Origin: an uncultured Alphaproteobacteria bacterium
GTDB taxonomy: Bacteria > Pseudomonadota > Alphaproteobacteria > HIMB59 > GCA-002718135
Assembly (NCBI GenBank): GCA_902575375.1
Contig: CACGRD010000004.1
Location: forward strand, 375-64,374
Direction of reading: 5' to 3'
DNA: 64,000 nt
Shown here in pieces: positions 42,717 to 51,936 of this stretch; the first letter of the stretch is position 1; every line of letters begins with the position of its first letter. The position numbers and the translations under genes are program-made. The notes under the pieces were generated by a model that saw nothing but the letters and a program-made list of their open reading frames with translations, did not search any database and was not told where the DNA came from.

Positions 42717-43472
42717 ATGTCTATTGTTTATCTTGTACCGGGAAATATGACAGGAGGTCCTTATGGACTTAAAGAATTAAAAAGACGTGAAAAACTTTTA
42801 AAGGATTGGTCATTCAATCCATCAAAAGTAAAAGTTTATGATGTTCCAAATGGTGGAAGTTCAATTGAATCTTCATATGAAGAAATCGCCTCTATTATTC
42901 CAGCAGTTGATAGACTGTCTGAAATAACAAAATACGAAAACATAGATGCAGTCATATTAGGATGCTTTGGTGATCCTGGTCTAGATGTTTTTAGAGAAAT
43001 GTTTGATTTTCCAATCATTGGACCAGCTCAAACAAGTATGCATACAGCTTGTCAATTAGGTCATAAATTTTCAGTTATTACTATTTTTGACTCAATGCTA
43101 AACATGGCAGAAAAACAAGTGCATGAATACGGCCTTGATCATCATTTAGCGTCTGTAAGAGCTATTAATATTCCGGTTTTAGAATTGTTAAAAGATTTAG
43201 ATGTTACATATAAAAAAATGTCAAAATTAGCAGATAAAATTGTTAATGAAGATCGCGCGGATGCAATTTTACTAGGTTGTATGACAATGTCTTTTTCTGG
43301 GTTAGATAAAAAAATTGAAAAGAAGACAGGAATTCCTGTTTTAAATGCTGGAAGAACATCATTAAAATTTGCAGAAAGTCTATTATCAATGGATCTCAGT
43401 CACAGTAAGATAACATACCCATTTCCACCAAAGCTTGCAAAAACTCAGAAAGAAAAAAAGAAAAGAGCTTAA
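42717..43472 (+). CDS. Asp/Glu/hydantoin racemase family protein (copy 2)
   Basis: GSSIES, GCFGDPG, LGCMTM, PVLN, HSKITYP. Confidence 0.88.
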   Translation: MSIVYLVPGNMTGGPYGLKELKRREKLLKDWSFNPSKVKVYDVPNGGSSIESSYEEIASIIPAVDRLSEITKYENIDAVILGCFGDPGLDVFREMFDFPIIGPAQTSMHTACQLGHKFSVITIFDSMLNMAEKQVHEYGLDHHLASVRAINIPVLELLKDLDVTYKKMSKLADKIVNEDRADAILLGCMTMSFSGLDKKIEKKTGIPVLNAGRTSLKFAESLLSMDLSHSKITYPFPPKLAKTQKEKKKRA

Positions 43473-43475
43473 TTT

Positions 43476-44468
43476 CTAAGATGTATTATAACTACATCTA
43501 TCAACCCAATGCCCTGGCTTAGCTTCAACTAGACCCATTTTAATTTCGCCACCTTGACATTCATTATTATGTTTTGGACATCTGTCAGCAAATTTACAAC
43601 CTTTATACTCCCTAGTAGCATCAGGAATATTACCTAATATTGGAAGAGGGTCATGAGATTGATTAACATGAGGAACTGGAACAGCCTTAACTAATGCTTT
43701 AGTGTAGGGGTGTAGTGGATTATTAATAACGTCATGTGTGGGTCCATCCTCAACAATACTTCCAAGATACATAACTATCGTGCGTTCACAAACATATTTA
43801 ACCAAAGCTAAATCGTGAGAAATGTAAATCGCCGTAAAATTCATAGATGATTTAGCTTGGTTGAAAGCATTCAAAATACCCGCTCTTACACTAACATCAA
43901 GCATGGACACAGGCTCATCTGCTACTACAAATTTTGGATTAATGATTAGAGCTCTTGCAAGAACTATTCTTTGAAGTTGTCCTCCAGATAACTCATGAGG
44001 GTATTTATATAAATATTCATCTTTATTTTTTAACTTAACCAGATTCATTACATCAGTAATCATTGTTTCAAATTTGTTTGGATCAAAATTTAAAGCTTTC
44101 AATGGCTCTAATAAAATATCTTTTATCGTAAATCGTGGGTTTAGCGAGTCGTAAGGGTTTTGAAAAACAAACTGTAAGTTTCTTTTATATTTTATCAATT
44201 CATCGTTATCTTTAATTTTTGAAATATCTTTACCTTCAAATAAAATTTCACCACTTGTGGGATTTACAAGATTCAATATAAGTTTAGCCAAGGTTGTTTT
44301 TCCACAACCTGACTCTCCAACGATACCTACTGATTCGCCTTGTTGTATTTTGAAAGATACATCATCTACTGCTCTTACTTTAGGTTTTTTTCCAGAAAAT
44401 ATTTCTGAAATATTTCTTGATACATCATAATATTTAGAAACATTATTAAATTCTAAAACAGTACTCAT
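43476..44468 (-). CDS. Dpp/Opp-type ABC transporter ATP-binding subunit (DppF/OppF-like)
   Basis: GESGCGKTT, YPHELSGGQ.QR, VADEPVSMLD, HPYT, C-terminal GCKF..RC...C...C. Confidence 0.93.
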   Translation of the reverse strand: MSTVLEFNNVSKYYDVSRNISEIFSGKKPKVRAVDDVSFKIQQGESVGIVGESGCGKTTLAKLILNLVNPTSGEILFEGKDISKIKDNDELIKYKRNLQFVFQNPYDSLNPRFTIKDILLEPLKALNFDPNKFETMITDVMNLVKLKNKDEYLYKYPHELSGGQLQRIVLARALIINPKFVVADEPVSMLDVSVRAGILNAFNQAKSSMNFTAIYISHDLALVKYVCERTIVMYLGSIVEDGPTHDVINNPLHPYTKALVKAVPVPHVNQSHDPLPILGNIPDATREYKGCKFADRCPKHNNECQGGEIKMGLVEAKPGHWVDRCSYNTS

Positions 44469-44472
44469 AGGA

Positions 44473-45474
44473 TTATTCTTTAATCTCCCATGTTTCTAAT
44501 TTCTTTGACTCTTCAAGTAATTTTTTTTGATCACTAGTTCTCCAACAAATTGCCTCTCTATCTCTATTAACGTATCTGTCTGGTTTATCGTTACATTTGT
44601 TTATTTCAAAAGGACATCTAGCCTTAAATCTGCACCCTGTTGGAGGATTTATTAAATTAGGAGGAGATCCATTAATTGGAACTAGAAAATCATTTGTAGA
44701 ATGAAGATCAGGAAAAGCATTATTTAAACCCATAGTGTAAGGATGATAAGGTTCTTGTAAAATCGACTCAACACCACCCATTTCAACAATTTCACCAGCA
44801 TACATTACTGCAACTTTCTGACAAATATATGCAACTACCGAAACATCGTGTGTAACTAATATTATAGATAAATTTAATTTATGTTTTAATTCATTAAATA
44901 AATCTAAAATTTGTCTTTGCACAATTACATCTAATGCAGTAACTGGTTCATCAGCGATTACAATTTTTGGATCCAAAGCTAATGCCATCGCTATAGCAAC
45001 TCTTTGTTTCATACCTCCACTAAATTGATGAGGAAAATCTCGTAATCTATTTTTATCTATTCCCACTAAATTAAATAATTCTTCTGATCTTTCGTCTGCT
45101 TTATTTTTTGTATAACCACCTCTGATTACTAATATCTCTCTCATTTGATCTATAATTCTATAAACAGGATCGAGAGAATTCATTGCACTTTGAGGAATAA
45201 ATGCAATATCCTTCCACTTAAAATCTAAATCATTTATTTTTTTATCTGCATCTAATATTTTATTATTATTAAAATAAATTTGACCACTAGCTATTTTCGC
45301 GCTGTCAGGATTAACTCCCATTATACTTCTAGCTAATGTTGTTTTTCCACAACCTGACTCACCAACTATACCAAGTAATTCTCCTTGGTTAAGTTTTAAA
45401 GATACATTCTCAACTGCTTTTGCTACAAATTCTTTTCCAACATAATGAATGCTAAGATTTTTTATTTCTAACAT
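44473..45474 (-). CDS. Dpp/Opp-type ABC transporter ATP-binding subunit (DppD/OppD-like)
   Basis: GESGCGKTT, PHQFSGGMKQR, IADEPVTALD, HPYT, GCRF..RC. Confidence 0.93.
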   Translation of the reverse strand: MLEIKNLSIHYVGKEFVAKAVENVSLKLNQGELLGIVGESGCGKTTLARSIMGVNPDSAKIASGQIYFNNNKILDADKKINDLDFKWKDIAFIPQSAMNSLDPVYRIIDQMREILVIRGGYTKNKADERSEELFNLVGIDKNRLRDFPHQFSGGMKQRVAIAMALALDPKIVIADEPVTALDVIVQRQILDLFNELKHKLNLSIILVTHDVSVVAYICQKVAVMYAGEIVEMGGVESILQEPYHPYTMGLNNAFPDLHSTNDFLVPINGSPPNLINPPTGCRFKARCPFEINKCNDKPDRYVNRDREAICWRTSDQKKLLEESKKLETWEIKE

Positions 45475-45476
45475 TT

Positions 45477-46328
45477 TTATTTTTTTATTTTTGGAAACAA
45501 AATTTCTTCATAACCTCTACTTATGAAAAAACCTGCTACAACCATTAAAACTATACAAATACCTGGTGGAATAAACCAGATATAAGCTCCTAAAGAAAGA
45601 GCTTGTGAACTATAAGCATCTTGAAGCATATAGCCCCATGATATAACATCTGATGGACCAAAACCTAAAAAACTTACACTGGCCTCAGTTAGAATTGCCC
45701 AACCAATAGCAATTGATCCATATAAAAAAGACAGAGGTAAAATATTTGGAGCTATATGTAAAAATATTATTCTAAAATTAGAGCATCCTGATACTTTGGC
45801 AGATTCAATATAACCTCTTTCTCTTAATGTAAGAACTTGGCTTCTGATTATTCTTCCTGCATTTGGCCATAATAATAAACCAATTGCTATAACTACATTC
45901 CATGAACTTGGTCCTAAAAAAGCAGCCAACACAATTACAAATGGTAGAAAAGGCAAACCAAGAGCTATGTCTGCAAGTCTCATAATTAAATTATCAATCC
46001 AACCACCGTAAAACCCAGAAATTAATCCTACAATTGTTCCTAATATAGCAACAGCTAGTGCTGCACTTAAACCAACTGCTAATGCATTTCTTGAGCCGTA
46101 AATGAGTTGAGAAAAAATATCTCTTCCATTTGATGTTGTTCCAAGAAAATATTCCCAGCTTGGGGGTAAGTTCCTTGCCAAACCACTACTTGAAAAATTT
46201 ATTCTTAGTGGATCATTAGTTGCAATAAGATCTGCAAATATTGCTACAAGAATAAAAAATAAATATATGCAAACTCCAATGGTAGCATAGTTATTTTCTT
46301 TAAATATTTTATAAATTTCAGCTATCAT
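45477..46328 (-). CDS. ABC permease (DppC/OppC-like)
   Basis: LGTT..GRDIFSQL..G.R, EAA loop YIESAKVSG, HIAPN, EASVSFLG. Confidence 0.92.
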   Translation of the reverse strand: MIAEIYKIFKENNYATIGVCIYLFFILVAIFADLIATNDPLRINFSSSGLARNLPPSWEYFLGTTSNGRDIFSQLIYGSRNALAVGLSAALAVAILGTIVGLISGFYGGWIDNLIMRLADIALGLPFLPFVIVLAAFLGPSSWNVVIAIGLLLWPNAGRIIRSQVLTLRERGYIESAKVSGCSNFRIIFLHIAPNILPLSFLYGSIAIGWAILTEASVSFLGFGPSDVISWGYMLQDAYSSQALSLGAYIWFIPPGICIVLMVVAGFFISRGYEEILFPKIKK

Positions 46329-46329
46329 T

Positions 46330-47316
46330 TTAATTTTTAGTTTTATAACTCACTCTTGGATCTAAAAATAGATACAACAAGTCTGCTAAAAAATTCATTA
46401 ATATTAGAATTGCTGTTAAAAAAATAAATGCACCTTGCGCAAGAGGATAATCACTTGATGATACAGCAAAAACTAATAATCTTCCCAAACCTGGCCAGCT
46501 GAATACTGTTTCAATAACAACATTTCCTCCAAAAGCAAAGCCAACACCAAGTGTAAAAGCAGTTGCAACTGGCAAAAGTGCGTTTCTGGCCGCATGATAA
46601 ATAACTATCCGCCAGCTAGATAAGCCTTTCATTTTTGACATTGTAACAAAGTCTTCTTGCATAACTTCAAGCATATTCGATCGCATTAATAACAAGGGTA
46701 AACCTTGAAGATAGAGTGCTAATACCAATGAAGGTAAAATAAGGTGATAGTAAAAATGTAAACTTGTTAATTTTGATAAAGTGGTTTCGTAAATTACACC
46801 TGCGGCACTAGTTCCGCCTGAAGGAAAAATATCAAGTTGAAAACTAAAAAAAGCTAATGCAATCATACCTAACCAAAATTCAGGCGCAGATCTTGTTGTT
46901 AAAACTATTGGTATCGAAAATCCCTCAATAAATGTTGCTCTTTTCCAAGCAAGATAAGCTCCAGCAATAACTCCAAAAATATAAGCAATAACCAATGAAA
47001 ATAATGTTAAAATTATTGAATTTGGTAAAGCTTCAATAATCATGTTAATTACAGGTTTGTTATAGGTAAAGGAAAGACCAAAATCTCCTTTTAAAGTATT
47101 AACAATAAATAATGTATATTGTTCAAATAAAGATTTATCTAAACCAAATCGCTTAACTAATAAATCATGTTGTTCATCAGTAAATGTAGTACCGATAAAA
47201 GCTGTAAGAGGCGAACCTGGCATAAGTCTGAACATAAAGAAAATGATAGTAGCTACTATCCATAGTACAAAAAGCATGTACAAAAATCTTCTTACGATAG
47301 ACCAAAAGTCAAACAT
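46330..47316 (-). CDS. ABC permease (DppB/OppB-like)
   Basis: FRLMPG.P, GDFGLS, PEFWLG, DFVTMSKMKGL, HAARNA, ETVFSWPGLG, LDPRV. Confidence 0.92.
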   Translation of the reverse strand: MFDFWSIVRRFLYMLFVLWIVATIIFFMFRLMPGSPLTAFIGTTFTDEQHDLLVKRFGLDKSLFEQYTLFIVNTLKGDFGLSFTYNKPVINMIIEALPNSIILTLFSLVIAYIFGVIAGAYLAWKRATFIEGFSIPIVLTTRSAPEFWLGMIALAFFSFQLDIFPSGGTSAAGVIYETTLSKLTSLHFYYHLILPSLVLALYLQGLPLLLMRSNMLEVMQEDFVTMSKMKGLSSWRIVIYHAARNALLPVATAFTLGVGFAFGGNVVIETVFSWPGLGRLLVFAVSSSDYPLAQGAFIFLTAILILMNFLADLLYLFLDPRVSYKTKN

Positions 47317-47337
47317 TCGCCTCTATACAATATTTAA

Positions 47338-49002
47338 TTAATGTTTCTCTGACACTCCTTCCGGATAGTGCAGTCTTCCATTTTTAACAGTATATCCAGC
47401 ATCTTCTAGAATTTTCTTAGCTAAGTCAATTCCAGTTTCGAACTCAGTAATACCATCTTTGTGGTAAAAACTTAGTGCTGGAGATATATGCGAACCTGCT
47501 TTAACAGCATTACCTGCCCAAGCTGCATTCACCATAACATCTCTATCAATGGCAAGAGAAACTGCTCTTCTGAAATTTACATCATCAAAAGGCGCTCTTC
47601 TATGATTCATAGCCATATACTGAAAGCCAACATCAACAGATTTTACAAGTGTAATATCTCCATCTTCTTCAACAATATTAGCAAGCACTGCTGGGTCACC
47701 TTTATAATCGGTTAAGAAGTTTACTTCACCCTTTCTAAACATACCTAAAGCAGCTTCAACATTTGGAATTTCTTTCATTATCCATCTATTAATTTTAGGT
47801 GGATTGAAATGACCAGAATTAGCTTCTAAGATTACTTGTTCTCTTTGTCTCCAATCAACAAACTTGAAAGGACCAGAGCCAATTCTTTTTTCCTCAATTA
47901 TTGTTTCAGCATTATTACCTGTACCCTTCAAAGAATCAATTATTGGACCATAATAATGTTTAGGAACCAAATTGATTTTTGCTAGAGTTGATGTAAGGAA
48001 AGCAGCATTTGAAGACTTAAGATTAAATCTAACTACATTGTTTCCCATATCTTCCATTGAATCGATATTCTTTACAAATGGAGAATACATTGGAACCATT
48101 TCAGCATCCATTGGAGCTTCAAAAGAGAAAATTACATCTTCTGTAGTTACAGGTTGTCCATCATGCCAGCTCATACCTGATCTAAGAGTAACATCAATTG
48201 TTTGCTCGTTCACCCAATTGAAAGACTCTGCAGCCCATGGTTGAGGAGTTCCATTAGGACCAATTCTAAGTAATCTGTCCCAAACAATTTCAGTAATCCA
48301 TGAATCAGTACCACCTGAAATAAAGAATGGATTGATTGCTTGGATTTCGTCTAAACTCTGAGCTACTAAATCATTGTTTCCATTTATTGGTTCAATGTTT
48401 AGATACGTCCAGATATTTTTAATACCAAGACCAGCTTGCTCAATAGCACTACCATCCTTAAATTGCGTATTATCATAAGCAAAGTTCAATAATGGATGAA
48501 CTAAATATGCATTTGCTGCATCATCAGCTAAAAGTTGTTGAGCTTGGTCAACAATTTGTTTCCTAGCATCAGGATCCATAGTTACTCTTTGTTTTTCTGC
48601 AAGTTCATCATAAGCAGAACTTACATAACCAATAAAGTTATATCCCTTTTCTGCAGTTGATGAATGAAAAAGATTGTAAGTAAATTCATCAGGATCACTT
48701 CTTTCAGGACGACTAACCATCTGCCACATCGTTAAATCCCAAGTATCTTCATCAAGTCTTTTATACCAAACTTGATCAGCCATTTGTGGCCAAGGTACTG
48801 CATTTACAGTAATATCTAAGCCTAGCTCATTTAATGTTTGTGCTATTATTAAAGCCGCAGTATGCGGAGCTGGTCCAGCAGCTTGCTCTCTCGCCCAAAG
48901 TTTCATACTTCTTACTTCTTCTGCTGATGCAGAACTAACTAAAAAAGGTAAAATCAATGAGGAAATAAGACCAGCAAAAATAGCTATTAGTTTTTTTCGC
49001 AT
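47338..49002 (-). CDS. Family-5 (DppA/OppA-like) solute-binding protein, apparently circularly permuted
   Basis: GGAGG 5 nt upstream of ATG 49002; Sec signal ending SASA|EE. The family-5 signature (PQPWAAESF...TLRSGMSWHDGQPVTTEDVIFSF) lies mid-protein, while canonical C-terminal motifs lie at the N-terminus. Confidence 0.9.
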   Translation of the reverse strand: MRKKLIAIFAGLISSLILPFLVSSASAEEVRSMKLWAREQAAGPAPHTAALIIAQTLNELGLDITVNAVPWPQMADQVWYKRLDEDTWDLTMWQMVSRPERSDPDEFTYNLFHSSTAEKGYNFIGYVSSAYDELAEKQRVTMDPDARKQIVDQAQQLLADDAANAYLVHPLLNFAYDNTQFKDGSAIEQAGLGIKNIWTYLNIEPINGNNDLVAQSLDEIQAINPFFISGGTDSWITEIVWDRLLRIGPNGTPQPWAAESFNWVNEQTIDVTLRSGMSWHDGQPVTTEDVIFSFEAPMDAEMVPMYSPFVKNIDSMEDMGNNVVRFNLKSSNAAFLTSTLAKINLVPKHYYGPIIDSLKGTGNNAETIIEEKRIGSGPFKFVDWRQREQVILEANSGHFNPPKINRWIMKEIPNVEAALGMFRKGEVNFLTDYKGDPAVLANIVEEDGDITLVKSVDVGFQYMAMNHRRAPFDDVNFRRAVSLAIDRDVMVNAAWAGNAVKAGSHISPALSFYHKDGITEFETGIDLAKKILEDAGYTVKNGRLHYPEGVSEKH

Positions 49003-49116
49003 ATATACCTCCAAAAAAAATTATAATTAATTGTATGCATATTAGAGTACATACTTAAAGTCTTTTAATGTCAATGTTTGAGTGATTAAAAATCAACGCT
49101 AATATTCAATTTAGTA

Positions 49117-50109
49117 TTAGATTTTAATATTTGATTTTCCTATTTTCTTTGGATTTTCAATAAAATCATGCGCTTTGTACGCGCGGTCAAAACTAAACGT
49201 TTCTATGTTTGGATGAATAATTTTATTTTTTTCCATTAGTTTGTTTATATAATTTCCAATCATAGAAATATTTTTATTATTTTGAAGAAAAGCTTGTACA
49301 ATTTTAATATTTATACCTTTTGGGGCATAGCTATAATAATCAAATTTAGGCTTAATTATACTCGACGAAGAATAAGAACAAACAATACCATTATTTTTTA
49401 TAATTTTTGGAATTAGATTTATATTTTTACCAAAATCAACTTCTATAACCCTATCAACTAATAGGCCCTTAGTGAATTCATTAACAATATTGATAATTTC
49501 AATTTCGGAAAGTTTTTTATAATTTAAAACTAAATCAGCGCCTAAATTTTTACAGATATTTTTTTTAGCAGCATTACTAACTGTAGTAATCACTTTCAAT
49601 CCATTTAATTTTGCAAATTGTATTGCATAATTACTGACTGCTCCAGCTCCACCTGAAATAAATACAAATTTTTCACTATATTTTTTTTCTGAAAAAACTG
49701 AATAGTATGCAGTGGCTACTGGCACGCCTAGTATTGAAGATTTTGAAGCGGAGATATTATTTGGAGTGAATATCAATTTATTTTTATTTAATTTATAATA
49801 TTGAGCACAAGTTCCATATTGTTGGTTCTTTGAACCTCCGCAAATCCAAAATTTTTTTCCAATTAAATTTTTATAATTAGGATTCCCTACTTCTACTACT
49901 TTTCCAGATCCATCCGTATGGGGTATAATAAATTCTTGATTAAGTTTTTTTGATATCCATCCAGATCGTTGCTTAGTGTCAGCAGGATTAACACTTGAAT
50001 ACAAAATTTCCAAAACAACTTCATCTTTTTTGACTTGAGGATCATCAAATGTTCCAGATTTCAAAACTTTTTTTGCTTCTCCAGTTTGCTCATAATAAAT
50101 TGCTTTCAT
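49117..50109 (-). CDS. NADPH:quinone reductase / zeta-crystallin-like MDR
   Basis: MKAIYY..TG, VNPADTK.RSG, IPHTDGSG, ISGGAGAVS.YAIQFAK, EVDFG. Confidence 0.85.
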   Translation of the reverse strand: MKAIYYEQTGEAKKVLKSGTFDDPQVKKDEVVLEILYSSVNPADTKQRSGWISKKLNQEFIIPHTDGSGKVVEVGNPNYKNLIGKKFWICGGSKNQQYGTCAQYYKLNKNKLIFTPNNISASKSSILGVPVATAYYSVFSEKKYSEKFVFISGGAGAVSNYAIQFAKLNGLKVITTVSNAAKKNICKNLGADLVLNYKKLSEIEIINIVNEFTKGLLVDRVIEVDFGKNINLIPKIIKNNGIVCSYSSSSIIKPKFDYYSYAPKGINIKIVQAFLQNNKNISMIGNYINKLMEKNKIIHPNIETFSFDRAYKAHDFIENPKKIGKSNIKI

Positions 50110-50145
50110 TTTATAATGATATAAAATAATTTGATCTTTATCAAC

Positions 50146-50206
50146 GATGACAAATTATCATCACTAAAATGATAAATTTCTACTTCATTTAATTTTATAA
50201 AGTAGA
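50146..50206. promoter_or_regulatory. Cluster of inverted repeats in the divergent promoter region (candidate operators)
   Basis: GATGA-N7-TCATC (50146-50162), TTATCAT-N7-ATGATAA (50155-50175), TCTACTT-N14-AAGTAGA (50179-50206). Confidence 0.4.
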
Positions 50207-50218
50207 TATAGAATAATT

Positions 50219-51925
50219 ATGGATGAAATACTAAAACAAGTTAATGTAGACAACGCTTGGGATCTTGTCGAAGTTTATTCAAAAATGGCAAGATGGAAAC
50301 CAGATGATGTTAATAAATCATGTGATGAAATTACTAACAGACTTGATAAGTTTGGAGTCGAATATAAAGTATATAATCCTGAGCTCTACTTAAGCATACC
50401 TTATACAGCAAGTGTTAAATTAAGTAGCGGAGATACACTTCATGCTAAACCACCAGCTTATAGTATAAATTGTGAAGAAGGTATAACTGCTAAATTGCAT
50501 TATGTTCCAGCCCATTTTAAAAAAGATATAGAAAATCTATTTGATAAATCTCAAGATAAAGAAGCATCAACACCAGATAAAGTAAGAGGAAAAATAATTA
50601 TTTCTGAAGGTTTTGCTTTTCCAGGTAAAATTCAAGATTTTGAAAAAGCAGGTGCTGTTGGCGTAATAGCTGTAAACCCTGGAGTTGATATACATTGGGG
50701 AATTTGCACATCTATATGGGGAATGCCGGAATACGATAATATAGAAAACAAACCTAATATTCCTGTTGTTGCCGTAAATTTAGATGATGGAAAAAAGCTG
50801 ATAGAATTATCAAAAAATAATGAAGAGGCTACTCTATTTACCAAGCTTGAGGAAGGATGGTTTAATCAAAAAATACCTGAGGTAACTATTAAAAGTGATA
50901 ACAACAGCAAAGATTTCATTTTATTACATGGACACTATGATTCTTGGGACGTAGGTGTTGGAGATAATGCAACTGGAGATGCAACAATGCTAGAAATAGC
51001 TAGATTGCTTCAAGAGAATAAAAGTAAGCTTAATAGATCAGTAAAAATAGTTTGGTGGCCTGGACATTCTACAGGAAGATATGCGGGCAGTACATGGTAT
51101 GCAGATAATTTTGGAATTGAACTAAGCAATAATTGTGTAGCACAAATTAATTGTGATTCACCTGGATGTAGGTGGGCTGATACATTTGATCATTTATCAG
51201 TAATGACTGAAGCTGAGGACTATGTTCACAAAATTATTAAAGGTGTAGCTAATATCACACCTGTATGTGAAAGACCTCACAGAGCTGGTGATTATTCATT
51301 TAATAATATCGGAATTAGTAGCTTTTTTATGTTGAGCTCTACAATGACTCCTGAACTTAGAAAAGAAAAGGGTTATTATGCCGTAGGAGGTTGTGGAGGT
51401 AATATAGCATGGCATACGGAAAATGATATATTAGAAATTGCTGATAAAAAGAATTTAGAAAGAGATATTAAAGTTTATGCAGCAAGTATAATTGAACTAA
51501 GCACATGCAAATATTTACCTTTCAATTGGCAGGCTTCAGCCAATGAATTTGAAAAAGTTTTAAATAATTATCAAAAAAATTGTGGTGACAATTTTGATTT
51601 AAGTGAAGCTATTTCTGCTGCAGATGATTTTAAAAATAAGATTAAAAGTTTTTATGAAAAAATTAATAATGACAGTCTAGATCCTGGAAAAGCTAATGCT
51701 ATAATTATGAAACTAGCACGAATTTTAGTCCCTCTTAATTACGCTAGAAACCCAAGATTTTCTCATGACCCTGCTGTACCAATTCCGCAATTACCTGTCT
51801 TATCTCTATGTGATGAGTTCGCTGAAGCTCCTAAAGATAAATATGGATTTATAAAAAATCAACTTGTTAGAGGTAGAAATAGAGTTGTAGACGCTTTAAA
51901 CGAAGCTGGTAATTTACTAGAATAA
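50219..51925 (+). CDS. M28 family metallohydrolase with PA domain and non-canonical active site
   Basis: HGHYDSW..GVGDNATG; WPGHSTG in place of WxAEExG; INCDSPG; WHTEND. Confidence 0.85.
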   Translation: MDEILKQVNVDNAWDLVEVYSKMARWKPDDVNKSCDEITNRLDKFGVEYKVYNPELYLSIPYTASVKLSSGDTLHAKPPAYSINCEEGITAKLHYVPAHFKKDIENLFDKSQDKEASTPDKVRGKIIISEGFAFPGKIQDFEKAGAVGVIAVNPGVDIHWGICTSIWGMPEYDNIENKPNIPVVAVNLDDGKKLIELSKNNEEATLFTKLEEGWFNQKIPEVTIKSDNNSKDFILLHGHYDSWDVGVGDNATGDATMLEIARLLQENKSKLNRSVKIVWWPGHSTGRYAGSTWYADNFGIELSNNCVAQINCDSPGCRWADTFDHLSVMTEAEDYVHKIIKGVANITPVCERPHRAGDYSFNNIGISSFFMLSSTMTPELRKEKGYYAVGGCGGNIAWHTENDILEIADKKNLERDIKVYAASIIELSTCKYLPFNWQASANEFEKVLNNYQKNCGDNFDLSEAISAADDFKNKIKSFYEKINNDSLDPGKANAIIMKLARILVPLNYARNPRFSHDPAVPIPQLPVLSLCDEFAEAPKDKYGFIKNQLVRGRNRVVDALNEAGNLLE

Positions 51926-51936
51926 TTTTTCTTTTA

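Noticed and set aside
44290..45370. Near-identical ~25-nt segment in the two ABC ATPase genes
   Set aside because: Encodes the conserved Walker A motif GESGCGKTT; not a mobile repeat
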